64,000 nt of DNA from a virus (taxonomy: Duplodnaviria > Heunggongvirae > Uroviricota > Caudoviricetes), in the IMG/VR virus record IMGVR_UViG_3300018481_000002, positions 23,199 to 87,198 of that record, one strand, 5' to 3'. The position numbers were made by a program, and so were the translations under genes. The notes beneath the pieces were generated by a model. That model worked only from the letters and a program-made list of their open reading frames with translations, was not told the DNA's origin and did no database searches. The number at the start of each line of letters is the position of its first letter. Within the stretch, counting starts at the first letter, position 1. This document shows, in pieces, positions 26,048 to 34,606 of the stretch.

Positions 26048-26925
26048 CAGGAAGCCTCCCTCGCGGCCTTGGCGGCGTCGATCGACGCCTGCATCATCGC
26101 GGCGAAGTCCACCGAAGGCTCCTCCACAGCCGGGGCCACGTACGTGTCCTCCGACTTGTCGAAGTCACCAGCAGCAGCCTTCTCGTCAGCGAACGACTGG
26201 ATCAGCGCCGACCGCTCGTCCGTCAGGTCCGCCACCTCGGTGGTGGTCAGAGCCTGGATGAACGTGCGAGTCATCGCCACCTCACCAGGCACACAGTCGA
26301 ACTCGGGCAGGTCACGCTGCTCTCTCAGGGCGTCGGTGTGCCACACCTGGTACACCTTCCCGTCGGGGGTGAGGATGACCGGCTTCGGCAGACCACGGGT
26401 GGTCAGTTCGCCGATGGCGACGACACCTTCCTCCCGCATAGCCTTGTACAGGGTGTTCAGCAGTTTGATCGCAGCCGGGGACGGGCCCTTCTTCTTCCCG
26501 GAACCGACCTTGGTGGGCTCCAGGAACGACAACTTCTCGGGCACGTAGTTGCCCTGCGTGAACAGGTGCTGCGGCTGGAACTCGGTGATCTTGAGGGTGT
26601 TCGCCTCGACGGTGAACAACTTCTCGACCTCGTCGTCCTCGACGTACACGGGGCCGTACTCGGTCTCGATCTTCCGCTGGACTCGGGCCAGCTGGTCAGA
26701 GTCGAGAAGTTCCCCGGTTTCCTTGTCGATCTTGCCGCGCCCGACCGAGTGGTCGACGGTGACCTTCTCGCCGTTTCCGTTCGTGGTCTCGACGGGGAGG
26801 TACTCGTGGCGGGTGAAACCGTGGTCCGAGACGGTCCCGGTGTACACGGACACCGGGGCTGAGAACATGCCGAACGACAAGGTGATGTGGTTCGACGCTC
26901 TGGTTGATGGTGGTGCCTTGGGCAT
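26047..26925 (-). CDS. ku: Ku-like DNA end-binding protein
   Basis: N-terminal ITLSFGMFSAPVSVY matches Ku SFGLV.IPV.LY core; size 292 aa typical of phage/bacterial Ku. Confidence 0.75.
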   Translation of the reverse strand: MPKAPPSTRASNHITLSFGMFSAPVSVYTGTVSDHGFTRHEYLPVETTNGNGEKVTVDHSVGRGKIDKETGELLDSDQLARVQRKIETEYGPVYVEDDEVEKLFTVEANTLKITEFQPQHLFTQGNYVPEKLSFLEPTKVGSGKKKGPSPAAIKLLNTLYKAMREEGVVAIGELTTRGLPKPVILTPDGKVYQVWHTDALREQRDLPEFDCVPGEVAMTRTFIQALTTTEVADLTDERSALIQSFADEKAAAGDFDKSEDTYVAPAVEEPSVDFAAMMQASIDAAKAAREAS

Positions 26926-27028
26926 TGCAGCCTCCTAGGGCTTCTTGTTGGGGTGTTTCATCCGTTGATGAGCATTTGGATGCCGTAGGCGATCGCCATG
27001 GCCGTGAACCAGCCGATGACGAACGCCA

Positions 27029-27412
27029 TCAGCCTTCCTTGAACAGTTCCGGGTGTTCCTTCTGGAGCCGCGCCAGCTCCGCCGCCGCCTGCTCGGCGCG
27101 CTGCTTCAAAATCTGCGCTTGGTTGGCCTTGGCTTCGTCGATCTCCTTGTAGGCGTCCTTGATTTCCGCGTCAGTGGCGTCACGCCAGCCCTGCAAGTTG
27201 AGGACGGCCCGGTCGCTGTCACCGTAGGAGCCGGACTCGGTTTCGAGCTCGAACGTGATCTCGTCGGTGATCCCGGTCTCCTCGATCTTCTCCCTCAGGT
27301 CGTCCATGGTGAAGGAGTCCCATCCGTCATAGATCCGGACGTTGATCTTGCGTTGGACAACACCTTCTTGCTTGCGCCACTGCCACTTGTTGAGGTCACT
27401 CCACCGGGCCAT
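27029..27412 (-). CDS. hypothetical protein
   Basis: ORF 27029..27451; internal ATG (MARWSD) has GGAGA RBS. Confidence 0.55.
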   Translation of the reverse strand: MARWSDLNKWQWRKQEGVVQRKINVRIYDGWDSFTMDDLREKIEETGITDEITFELETESGSYGDSDRAVLNLQGWRDATDAEIKDAYKEIDEAKANQAQILKQRAEQAAAELARLQKEHPELFKEG

Positions 27413-27752
27413 CAGGGTCTCCTGTCGTGGCCCACCGGTCGTACTGAGCACCAGTCCAGCCCATGTTCGAGGAGACGAACTCCTTCAACGTGGTCGGCAT
27501 CTGCTCCGCGTTCTCGTGCCACTCCTCCACCAGGTCGTCGGCGTTCTCCTCCCAAGCGGCTGGGTTCTGGAGTTCGATCCCCAACGGCCCCCAGTAGAAG
27601 TTCCACAGACAGTGGTCGCCGCACTCGGTGATTCGGGCGGGTGTCCATTCCCAGGACCCAGACCACGGGAAGATGTGCAGAGGCCCCTTGCGGGTGGGGA
27701 TCACGAACCTGAACCGGGACGAGTTGCGCCAACGGCGGATTCGCTCTCTCAT
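27396..27752 (-). CDS. hypothetical Trp-rich protein (118 aa)
   Basis: ORF track. Confidence 0.5.
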   Translation of the reverse strand: MRERIRRWRNSSRFRFVIPTRKGPLHIFPWSGSWEWTPARITECGDHCLWNFYWGPLGIELQNPAAWEENADDLVEEWHENAEQMPTTLKEFVSSNMGWTGAQYDRWATTGDPDGPVE

Positions 27753-28177
27753 CGGGAGAGAATCTCTCGGGGGATGATCTCCGCGTAGTCGGCGGACGTG
27801 GACACGTCGTACAGGCTCATGTCGACGTCGAACCTCTCCAAGGCGGCGGCGAGCGCAGCGCCTCGCGCTATCGCGTCGTGGAGGTGAGGGGACCTGAAGT
27901 ACAGAACCATGTGCGCGGTCTCGTCGTCCGGGTTTTGGCGCTCAGCACCCCACTCCACCCAGGAATCCCCGTACGTGTACTCCCCGGTGATGCCCTCGAA
28001 GGTGGACATGATGTCCAGAACCTTGTCGCGGGTCGCCTCGGAGGGCGGGTCGATGGGGAAGTGAAGAGCCCACACGGTGGCGGTGGCCGGGTCGTGTTGA
28101 CGGTCCTGGTTCTCGTACCAGTGAGGCTTCTTGCGGTCGGCGTGGTTGTAGGTGTACTCGTGCATTTCGACGGTCAT
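27749..28177 (-). CDS. hypothetical protein (142 aa)
   Basis: ORF track; ATGA coupling. Confidence 0.6.
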   Translation of the reverse strand: MTVEMHEYTYNHADRKKPHWYENQDRQHDPATATVWALHFPIDPPSEATRDKVLDIMSTFEGITGEYTYGDSWVEWGAERQNPDDETAHMVLYFRSPHLHDAIARGAALAAALERFDVDMSLYDVSTSADYAEIIPREILSR

Positions 28178-28734
28178 TTGTTTTGCTCCCTTGCCTTCAT
28201 GATTCGTTCGTACAGATGCTCCGGCAGGTCGTTGCAGACCTCACGCATGATGGACCACGACCCTGGGATGTAGCCGTCGTAGCCGACGAACACGTCGTCG
28301 GTCCACTCGATCCTGGACAGCAGTTCCACCAGGCGGTCGTCGCCGATGTCACGTTGCACCTTCCAAGCCCACAGGTAGCTCCATGCCCGGGCTGCGGACT
28401 CGTTGGTGCGACGCTGGTGGTCCTCGTAGTCGAAGGTTCCGAACGTTTCGGCGATCTCCTGGTCGGTGACGGGCGGGACGGCTTCCAGCCTCACGATCGC
28501 CTCGTCCGCTGTGTGGTACTCGCCGGAGTCCGAGTATGCGTAGTTGTCGAAGCGGATCCCGTAGGAAAACATGGGGTCGCTCTTGGGGTTACCTCGCCCG
28601 GAGTAGGCCCACCGCTCTTGGTTGGCGACGACGATCACCCCGGTCTTCATCAGGGGAGGGTCGGAAAGCCAGGGGTCGTCGGCGGGCAGGTCGATCCAGA
28701 TCCGGTCGCCCACCTTGAACTTGTGCCCCGTCAT
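28174..28734 (-). CDS. protein with GDRIWIDLP barrel motif and internal PVTDQEIAETFG motif
   Basis: ORF trimmed to MTGHKFKVGD; ATGA coupling. Confidence 0.6.
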   Translation of the reverse strand: MTGHKFKVGDRIWIDLPADDPWLSDPPLMKTGVIVVANQERWAYSGRGNPKSDPMFSYGIRFDNYAYSDSGEYHTADEAIVRLEAVPPVTDQEIAETFGTFDYEDHQRRTNESAARAWSYLWAWKVQRDIGDDRLVELLSRIEWTDDVFVGYDGYIPGSWSIMREVCNDLPEHLYERIMKAREQNK

Positions 28735-29153
28735 GGCCGCTTGCGGTTCAGGATCTTGTACAGGTCGTCCAAGACTCCCGTCTTCCACGCTTTGATCTTG
28801 GTCTTGAACGCCTTGTCCTGCGCTTTGATCTTGGCCTCGTCGGCGGGGGATGTCGTGAATGGGGTCGCCGGGTTCCAGGGTGTGATCCCGAAGTACGGCG
28901 GTTGTGTGGGTGGTCTCCGCGACGTGATCTTCTTCAACTCACCCGCCACGTTGTCGTCGTAGAAGTCCACGGGCACGAACATCTTGATCTCGTTGGGCTT
29001 CCCACCAGGAGTCAAGTGGTGGTCTCCGAGGCCGTATCCGTCAGCCAAGGCCTGCGCCAGCGTCTCGGGGGTGGTGTAGGTGCGGTACTCGTAGCCGTTG
29101 AAGATCACGAAGATTTCGTTGGGCATGGAGTTCTTCATCCCGCTCGCCATCAC
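28731..29153 (-). CDS. hypothetical protein (140 aa)
   Basis: ORF track. Confidence 0.6.
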   Translation of the reverse strand: MMASGMKNSMPNEIFVIFNGYEYRTYTTPETLAQALADGYGLGDHHLTPGGKPNEIKMFVPVDFYDDNVAGELKKITSRRPPTQPPYFGITPWNPATPFTTSPADEAKIKAQDKAFKTKIKAWKTGVLDDLYKILNRKRP

Positions 29154-29566
29154 ATGTACCCGGGGTTAGGGAGACGCTTGGCAGATGGTCTGGAGCCACC
29201 CAACTTCAGGTACACGTCCTCGCCACCGTCGGGGTCTGGTTCCCAGCCCTTCGCCTTCAGGATCTCCGGGAGGTACTCAGTCCAGAAGACACCCCTCTTG
29301 ACGTCGGCGGGGATGACCTTGGGAACGTCGATGGTGACCTCATCCCCGCAGGTCTTGCAGTACCCCAGGACGGATATGTAGACGTTCTGGACCTTGTCGG
29401 AGCAGGACGACGTGAGGGCCACCAGTTCGTGGGGGCATGGCGGCTCTTGGTAGGTGGGGAGTTTCTGCTTCTTCCCACTGGGGGTGCGGATGTATGCACG
29501 CACCGTGAGGAGCACGATGACGGAGAGAGCGAGGGCGAAGATCATCGTGAGAAGTGTTTCGATCAT
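29150..29566 (-). CDS. membrane-anchored Cys-rich protein
   Basis: ORF trimmed to MIETLLTMIFALALSVIVLLTV with AGGAGGA RBS. Confidence 0.55.
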   Translation of the reverse strand: MIETLLTMIFALALSVIVLLTVRAYIRTPSGKKQKLPTYQEPPCPHELVALTSSCSDKVQNVYISVLGYCKTCGDEVTIDVPKVIPADVKRGVFWTEYLPEILKAKGWEPDPDGGEDVYLKLGGSRPSAKRLPNPGYM

Positions 29567-29574
29567 GGTTCCTC

Positions 29575-29793
29575 CTAGTGCAGAGTGCCCGAGGTGGGCA
29601 TGTACACCGGTCCCGGCTGGCGGGTCTTGTAGTGCTCGTCGTTCTCCACGGCCTTCACGGCGATCCGTTGGTCGCCGTCGATCAGGACACGCTCCGAGTT
29701 GGGGTCGTCTAGCTTGGCCAGGAGGGTCTCCAGGTTGCGGCGGGTCAACTCCAACGTGGGCAGCGTGTTCCACCCGTCGATGAACTTCACCAT
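29575..29793 (-). CDS. hypothetical small protein (72 aa)
   Basis: ORF track. Confidence 0.45.
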   Translation of the reverse strand: MVKFIDGWNTLPTLELTRRNLETLLAKLDDPNSERVLIDGDQRIAVKAVENDEHYKTRQPGPVYMPTSGTLH

Positions 29794-30041
29794 TCGTCCA
29801 GGCTGGCGAGGAAGAAGGCCAGTGCCCCGACGCCGAACACGAAGACCGGGAGAAGCATCAACGCGGCGGTGTTCTCGAAGCGACTGGTGGGGTCGTCGGT
29901 CCAGATGGCCAGGAACCCGAAGAACATGAGCACGGCGAAGAAGAAACCCGTCCAGCGGGTCAACTTCTTGGCCAGGGCCTTCCAGCGAGCCTTGCCTCTC
30001 AGGGGTTCGGTGGAAGTTTTGGTTCTGCGGAACGGAATCAT
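29787..30041 (-). CDS. small membrane protein (84 aa, 2 TM)
   Basis: ORF trimmed to MIPFRRTK; ATGA coupling to 30038..30403. Confidence 0.5.
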   Translation of the reverse strand: MIPFRRTKTSTEPLRGKARWKALAKKLTRWTGFFFAVLMFFGFLAIWTDDPTSRFENTAALMLLPVFVFGVGALAFFLASLDEW

Positions 30042-30403
30042 GGTTGTCCTCCGATGAGCAGGCCGAGGTAGCCGAGGGTGAGCAGGCTGGTGGCGACGTA
30101 CATCTGCTTCTTCGTAGTGGTCCCCTCGGGGGTGAACTTCAAGGGCCTGCGGCTGAACGTGGCCCAGACACCAAACGGCACGAGGACTGCGTACATCAGC
30201 GCCAGGCCCTGGATCTGCCAGGTGACGGCCTTGGTGCCGAACAGCAGCAAGACCAGCATGGCGGTGTCCCACATGTTCACCAGGAGCCACGGCCACGGTT
30301 TGCGGTTGATGTCGCGTCCGGTGCGGATCAACCACAGGCTGATGGCACCGGAGGCGAGCATCTCCCAGAACAGGAACGTGTGTTGCCAGGTCATGCCGAG
30401 CAT
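30038..30403 (-). CDS. membrane protein (121 aa, 3-4 TM)
   Basis: hydrophobic segments; ORF track. Confidence 0.6.
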   Translation of the reverse strand: MLGMTWQHTFLFWEMLASGAISLWLIRTGRDINRKPWPWLLVNMWDTAMLVLLLFGTKAVTWQIQGLALMYAVLVPFGVWATFSRRPLKFTPEGTTTKKQMYVATSLLTLGYLGLLIGGQP

Positions 30404-30405
30404 GG

Positions 30406-30831
30406 TCAGACCTCGGTGTAGGGGACGAGCGCTGGGACCCGCTGCTTGCGGGTGATGGGGGCACCGTCGAGGGCCTCCACGTAGAACCGGTACGCCGCCT
30501 TGTACGTGGTCACCGGGTGCGCCGACAGGAACGTGATCTCGACCTCGGCACCGAACTCGGGGGTGCCGGGCTCGCCGAGCGGGGTGACGGTGTCGATGAC
30601 GCGGACGCCGCCACGGGGTTGGCCGTGGAGCCAGGCGCGGACTTCCTGGCCGGGTTCGGCGTGCTTCGCCTTGATGACGCCGTCGTGGGTGTCGACCACG
30701 TCGACGAGGGCGAGGCCGGGGCGGACCAGCTTGCTGGCCTGGTCGGGGTTGACGTCGGCGATGACGGGCTGGGTGGTGACGTCGGGGGTGCGGAACTGGG
30801 GCATGGTGGTGGGGCTGGGTGCGGTGGTCAT
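30406..30831 (-). CDS. hypothetical protein (141 aa)
   Basis: ORF track; ctaGGAGG RBS. Confidence 0.6.
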   Translation of the reverse strand: MTTAPSPTTMPQFRTPDVTTQPVIADVNPDQASKLVRPGLALVDVVDTHDGVIKAKHAEPGQEVRAWLHGQPRGGVRVIDTVTPLGEPGTPEFGAEVEITFLSAHPVTTYKAAYRFYVEALDGAPITRKQRVPALVPYTEV

Positions 30832-30858
30832 TTTGGTTGCCTCCTAGGGCATCTGATG

Positions 30859-30899
30859 GAAAAACGGCGGTGGGGTGGTGCGGAGCCGATGTTCGGTTT
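30859..30899 (-). promoter_or_regulatory. conserved 40-bp intergenic element, copy D
   Basis: gaaaaacggcggtggggtggtgcggagccgatgttcggttt; overlaps stop of small ORF 30898..31068. Confidence 0.5.
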
Positions 30900-31068
30900 A
30901 CTCGTCTCCGTCGAACTCGATCGCGGCAGCAGATAGGCGACTGCCGAGACAGGGGCGAGGTGGGCGTTCAGGCCCACACCATTCGCCCCAGACTTCACGG
31001 TTGTGCTGTTCCAGACGTCCGTCTGAATCAACCGAGACTTGCTGTTCACAAACTGGGCACTCGATCAT
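30898..31068 (-). CDS. 56-aa zinc-ribbon peptide (MIECPVCEQQV...HNREVWGEW), N-terminal homolog of 16082..16461 paralogs
   Basis: unlisted ORF read from minus strand; ctaGGAGG RBS. Confidence 0.4.
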   Translation of the reverse strand: MIECPVCEQQVSVDSDGRLEQHNREVWGEWCGPERPPRPCLGSRLSAAAIEFDGDE

Positions 31069-31089
31069 GTGTGCCTCCTAGCGAAAAGC

Positions 31090-31123
31090 GGGCGGTCCCC
31101 CACCCCCCAGCGGGGGACCGCCC
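31090..31123 (-). terminator. perfect 12-bp stem hairpin GGGCGGTCCCCC-N10-GGGGGACCGCCC downstream of 31131..31337
   Basis: seen directly; followed on minus strand by GCTTTTCG. Confidence 0.55.
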
Positions 31124-31130
31124 AGGTGGT

Positions 31131-31337
31131 TCACCGGATCCGCGAGCCTCCCCCGAGGCCCTTCTTGCGGTTCTGGGAACCGGGCTTGTGCAGGAGCAGG
31201 CCCTGGCCGGAGAGGTCGTCCTTGCGGGGAACCTCTTCGTAGGCCTTGATGCGCGACTCCAGGGCCGCTGCGGTCTTGCGGTTGCGACCGGTCGACGAGC
31301 GACCCTTGGTGCGGTTCTTGGCTTGTGGTCCGGGCAT
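31131..31337 (-). CDS. small basic protein (68 aa)
   Basis: ORF track; AAGGAG RBS. Confidence 0.45.
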   Translation of the reverse strand: MPGPQAKNRTKGRSSTGRNRKTAAALESRIKAYEEVPRKDDLSGQGLLLHKPGSQNRKKGLGGGSRIR

Positions 31338-31399
31338 TGCTACTCCTTCATTCTGACTGGATGGTACTTGTGTTCGAGGACTGGCGCTAACGAATGGCG

Positions 31400-32314
31400 T
31401 CAGTTGTTGGGGCTGACGCCACCGACGACGTACGTGGGCGGGTACGGGGTGCAGCCGCCCTTGTTGATGCAGAGGGCCTTCAGGTAAGCCTCCACGCCGC
31501 CGTAGCCGTCGATGATGGCCTTGAGCTTCTTGGCCTCGGCTTCCTCGACGGCGATCTGTGCGTTGGCCTTGGCCTCGTCAGCGTTGGCCTGCGCCTCCTC
31601 GGACTGCGCCTTCGCGACGGCGGTCTGCTCCAACGCGACGGCCTCGGCGAGTGCCTGGTTGACGGGCTCGGGCTTGCCGACCAGGACGCTGATGCCGTCG
31701 AAGAAGTCGCCCTTCGCGGTGATGTCCAGGAGCGATCCGTCCTTGGCCAACTCCTCGTTCAGCTTCTGCTCGATCTCGATCTTGGTGGCCGGGTCGTTCC
31801 AGACCTTGCGCCAGGTGTAGCCCTGGATGATGCGGTCGAGTGTGGCGTCACCGGGGTCGGCCACCAGCTTGCGGAGCAGGGTGATCCACTCCGGGTTGTA
31901 GGTGCCGTCGTTGTCGAAGTGGACGCCGTACCTGCGGGCGTACCGCTGGTAGAAGTCCTTGAGCGTGTCGCACTCGGTGATCAGGGTGAAGCGGATGGTG
32001 ACGGGGATGTACATCTCCACGGAGTCGAGGGTGACGGCCTTCATGCGACCGGCGTCAGAGCCATCCTGGCCGGTGGCGTCCCATTCACGCTCGTTGGTGG
32101 GGAAGTACTCGTAGGTGTCGTTGGTGAGCCACCCACGCTCGGACGACTGGATGCAGTCGCCCTTGATCTTCTTGGCCTCGAACGGGCCCTCGCCGACGTG
32201 GACGGCGACCATGTCGGACGGCGTGGAGTAGCCACACGCGGTGGCGACCAGGCTGATGCCGAGCAGGATGCCGACGATGCGGACGGCTCGGTTCTGAAGG
32301 ATGCGGTTCTTCAC
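31400..32314 (-). CDS. putative lipoprotein with C-terminal Ala/Glu/Lys coiled coil
   Basis: ORF trimmed to GTG (VKNRILQNRAVRIVGILLGISLVATAC lipobox-like); GTGA overlap with upstream stop. Confidence 0.55.
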   Translation of the reverse strand: MKNRILQNRAVRIVGILLGISLVATACGYSTPSDMVAVHVGEGPFEAKKIKGDCIQSSERGWLTNDTYEYFPTNEREWDATGQDGSDAGRMKAVTLDSVEMYIPVTIRFTLITECDTLKDFYQRYARRYGVHFDNDGTYNPEWITLLRKLVADPGDATLDRIIQGYTWRKVWNDPATKIEIEQKLNEELAKDGSLLDITAKGDFFDGISVLVGKPEPVNQALAEAVALEQTAVAKAQSEEAQANADEAKANAQIAVEEAEAKKLKAIIDGYGGVEAYLKALCINKGGCTPYPPTYVVGGVSPNN

Positions 32315-32550
32315 GAAGTGATCTCCTTGCGGTTGAGTCGAGCCAGTGCCTGGACGGCGAAGGTCTCGTCGGGTAGTACGGCTGCCTCGGCTGCTCCTGC
32401 GATGAGGTCGAGTCGCATGGTGCGGAGGTCGTCCAGCTCCTTGCGCTCGCGGCGACTGATCGCCTCGGGGTCCTTCTTGGAGGAGCGGCCTACAAGGAAG
32501 CCGATGATGGTGCCTGCTCCGGTGAGCAGGCACATGAGCAGGAACAACAT
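32311..32550 (-). CDS. small membrane protein (79 aa, N-terminal TM)
   Basis: MLFLLMCLLTGAGTIIGFLV; ORF track. Confidence 0.55.
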   Translation of the reverse strand: MLFLLMCLLTGAGTIIGFLVGRSSKKDPEAISRRERKELDDLRTMRLDLIAGAAEAAVLPDETFAVQALARLNRKEITS

Positions 32551-32565
32551 CAGGGTGTCCTCTCG

Positions 32566-32784
32566 TCAAGCGATGGTGACCGCTTTGAAGGCGGTCGGGT
32601 TACCACTGGGGTCGGTCCAGTCGTAGTAGTCGCTCTCGATGTGGTCGACGTCGCTCACCTCGACACGGACAGCGCCGTTCAAGGCGACGTCGTTGTCGTA
32701 GTGGGTTCCCGCCAGTACCGGGAGGTTCTGGGGGAGTTTGAGCAGGTCGGCGACAACGTCAGCGACGGTTCTGAGGTTCTGCAT
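32566..32784 (-). CDS. hypothetical small protein (72 aa)
   Basis: ORF trimmed to MQNLRTVADV with AAGGAGG RBS. Confidence 0.5.
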   Translation of the reverse strand: MQNLRTVADVVADLLKLPQNLPVLAGTHYDNDVALNGAVRVEVSDVDHIESDYYDWTDPSGNPTAFKAVTIA

Positions 32785-32797
32785 GGTGCCTCCTTGG

Positions 32798-33100
32798 TTA
32801 CTCGCCACGGCACTCGTCGATAGCAGCGCGGTAGGCGGGCGTCTTGTCAACGATCTCGGAACTCACTCGGCTGGCGTTCGCATTGGCGCTGTCGACGGTG
32901 AGGGAATCGAACTCCAGAGCCGCCTCCATTGCCATGCGGAGGTATCCGATGCCCTCGGCAGCCAGGCGGAGCAGGTCGTCGGCCATGTCGAGGGCCTCGA
33001 TGCACGCTTCGGGTGCGTCGGACTCAGGAGTGGACTCCACGGGGTCGGCACAGGCGGCGAAGGCCAGCAAGGCAGTGACAAGCAGGACGATCTTCTTCAC
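32798..33100 (-). CDS. secreted/lipoprotein (signal peptide MKKIVLLVTALLAFAAC)
   Basis: N-terminal signal with Cys after AFAA. Confidence 0.6.
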   Translation of the reverse strand: MKKIVLLVTALLAFAACADPVESTPESDAPEACIEALDMADDLLRLAAEGIGYLRMAMEAALEFDSLTVDSANANASRVSSEIVDKTPAYRAAIDECRGE

Positions 33101-33283
33101 GGTGCTCCTTAGATGGTGGTGGTGTGCCTCTCAGCCTGTTCCGTCAGGATGGCCGACTGTGAGGCGGTAGCCGCCTGGGTTACAACGCTCGGTGCCCACG
33201 GACTTGGTCGGCAGGTTCGTCCGGCGAGGATGCAGTTATGTGCTTGAAACCGAGGCCCAATGGCCTGTGTTGTGCGGTGCTGA

Positions 33284-33559
33284 CTAGCGGGTCGGGGACC
33301 AACCACCCGCTGGCGACATGTCGTCGACGCCAGCGGTGATCTTTCGGCCGTCCCACCCCAAGTAGTCCCCATCCACCACTCTCAGGTGGTGGTAGTCCTT
33401 GGAAGCCCTGTGCAGGTACTGGCACAGGAACCCAGGCTGGTCGCCGTACGTGACGTACACGTACGTTCCCTTGGGGTACTTGGGGAAAAGACGGACCCAG
33501 TAGAGCCCGACCAGGAGGCCGATGGCCCCGCCCAGGATCGTTAGCAGGATCGTGGCCAT
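33284..33559 (-). CDS. small membrane protein (91 aa)
   Basis: MATILLTILGGAIGLLVGLYWV; ORF track. Confidence 0.55.
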   Translation of the reverse strand: MATILLTILGGAIGLLVGLYWVRLFPKYPKGTYVYVTYGDQPGFLCQYLHRASKDYHHLRVVDGDYLGWDGRKITAGVDDMSPAGGWSPTR

Positions 33560-33574
33560 AGCGGCCTCCTCAAG

Positions 33575-33931
33575 TCAGCGGGGCTCGCCCAGGTTCTGCA
33601 GGGCGGCGGTGTCCTTGTCGTGGCGGTACACCAGGACACCCTTGGTGCGGTGCGTCCCCGTGTTGCGGACGACCTCGGGCTTGCCCGTCTTGAGCACACG
33701 CGCCTGGGCCTCGATGACGGCCCCGGTGACGTACACGCGCCCACGGACCGGCGTGAGACCGGCCTTGGCGACGAGCACCTCGCCCTTGGCGAGCGAGGGG
33801 TTGGTGGTGGCGGCGCGCGCCGTACCCGTCGAGCGGGTCTTGGCGGGCTCGCTCAGTCCGGCGAGGAACGCCTGGACGGCTGCGGCCTGCTCGGGTGAAA
33901 CGGAGAGCTTGGTGTTCTTGCTCTTGGCCAT
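33575..33931 (-). CDS. hypothetical basic protein (118 aa)
   Basis: ORF trimmed to MAKSKNTKLS with GAGGAGG RBS. Confidence 0.55.
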   Translation of the reverse strand: MAKSKNTKLSVSPEQAAAVQAFLAGLSEPAKTRSTGTARAATTNPSLAKGEVLVAKAGLTPVRGRVYVTGAVIEAQARVLKTGKPEVVRNTGTHRTKGVLVYRHDKDTAALQNLGEPR

Positions 33932-33949
33932 GTCTGCCTCCTCAGCAGC

Positions 33950-34137
33950 GTCACGCACAGTGTGTGCGTGACGGGTTGTTGGTTACCACGTGCACGTGCG
34001 TGTGCATCGCAGTGTGTGTGACAGGTATCTCCCGTCAAAAGAAACTCACTAAAAACGTGACGTAAGGTTTCTCACGCTACGCGTAATACGCGTCACGCGT
34101 ATGTACGCGTCACGCGTCACGCATCACGCGTACTGCG
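33950..34137. promoter_or_regulatory. iteron-like regulatory region: 10-bp perfect IR GTCACGCACA-gtg-TGTGCGTGAC, CACGTGCACGTGCGTGTGCA, then 6 tandem (T)ACGCGTCACGC units
   Basis: repeats read directly; IR abuts RBS of 33575..33931; related copy at 20800..20843. Confidence 0.45.
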
Positions 34138-34323
34138 GAACTTCTTTGCGCGATCCTTGGCTGGAAGGTGGTGGCCGCGTGCATGCACAGCATCTAGAAC
34201 CTGCTTCGCGAGCGCCCGACGCTCCTCTGCGCTGAACTCCGACGGGTTAGGTACGTGCTTGGGGCACGCGCACCGTGCGTTCTCGAAGTGACAGCGCGGA
34301 CATGGGGTGTGGTCGTCATCCAT
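34117..34323 (-). CDS. Cys-rich small protein (68 aa)
   Basis: CPRCHFENARCACPKH; ORF track. Confidence 0.45.
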   Translation of the reverse strand: MDDDHTPCPRCHFENARCACPKHVPNPSEFSAEERRALAKQVLDAVHARGHHLPAKDRAKKFRSTRDA

Positions 34324-34606
34324 CGCTACCTACTTTCTTGATGCTTTCGACGGCCGTCTGAATCTCCTCATCCGATGGTGGCGGAGTGAGTGCTACCTCG
34401 TTGAACCGGGACGGATGATGGGCCTCCATGTGCTCCAACGCTGGCTTCAGAGCCGTCGTCAGGTTCGGCATCTCGTCGTGCTCGAAATCAGCGAAGACGT
34501 AGTCATCCTGGCTGCAGAAGTTGCACTCGATCTGGCCGGGATGGTTCCTTGATCCTTGTCGGATCGCGAACCAGTAGAGGAAGTACTTCGCCTGGTCGTA
34601 GTTCAT
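34316..34606 (-). CDS. small protein, TDEE-tail family (PPPSDEEIQTAVESIKKVGSDG)
   Basis: ORF track. Confidence 0.65.
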   Translation of the reverse strand: MNYDQAKYFLYWFAIRQGSRNHPGQIECNFCSQDDYVFADFEHDEMPNLTTALKPALEHMEAHHPSRFNEVALTPPPSDEEIQTAVESIKKVGSDG

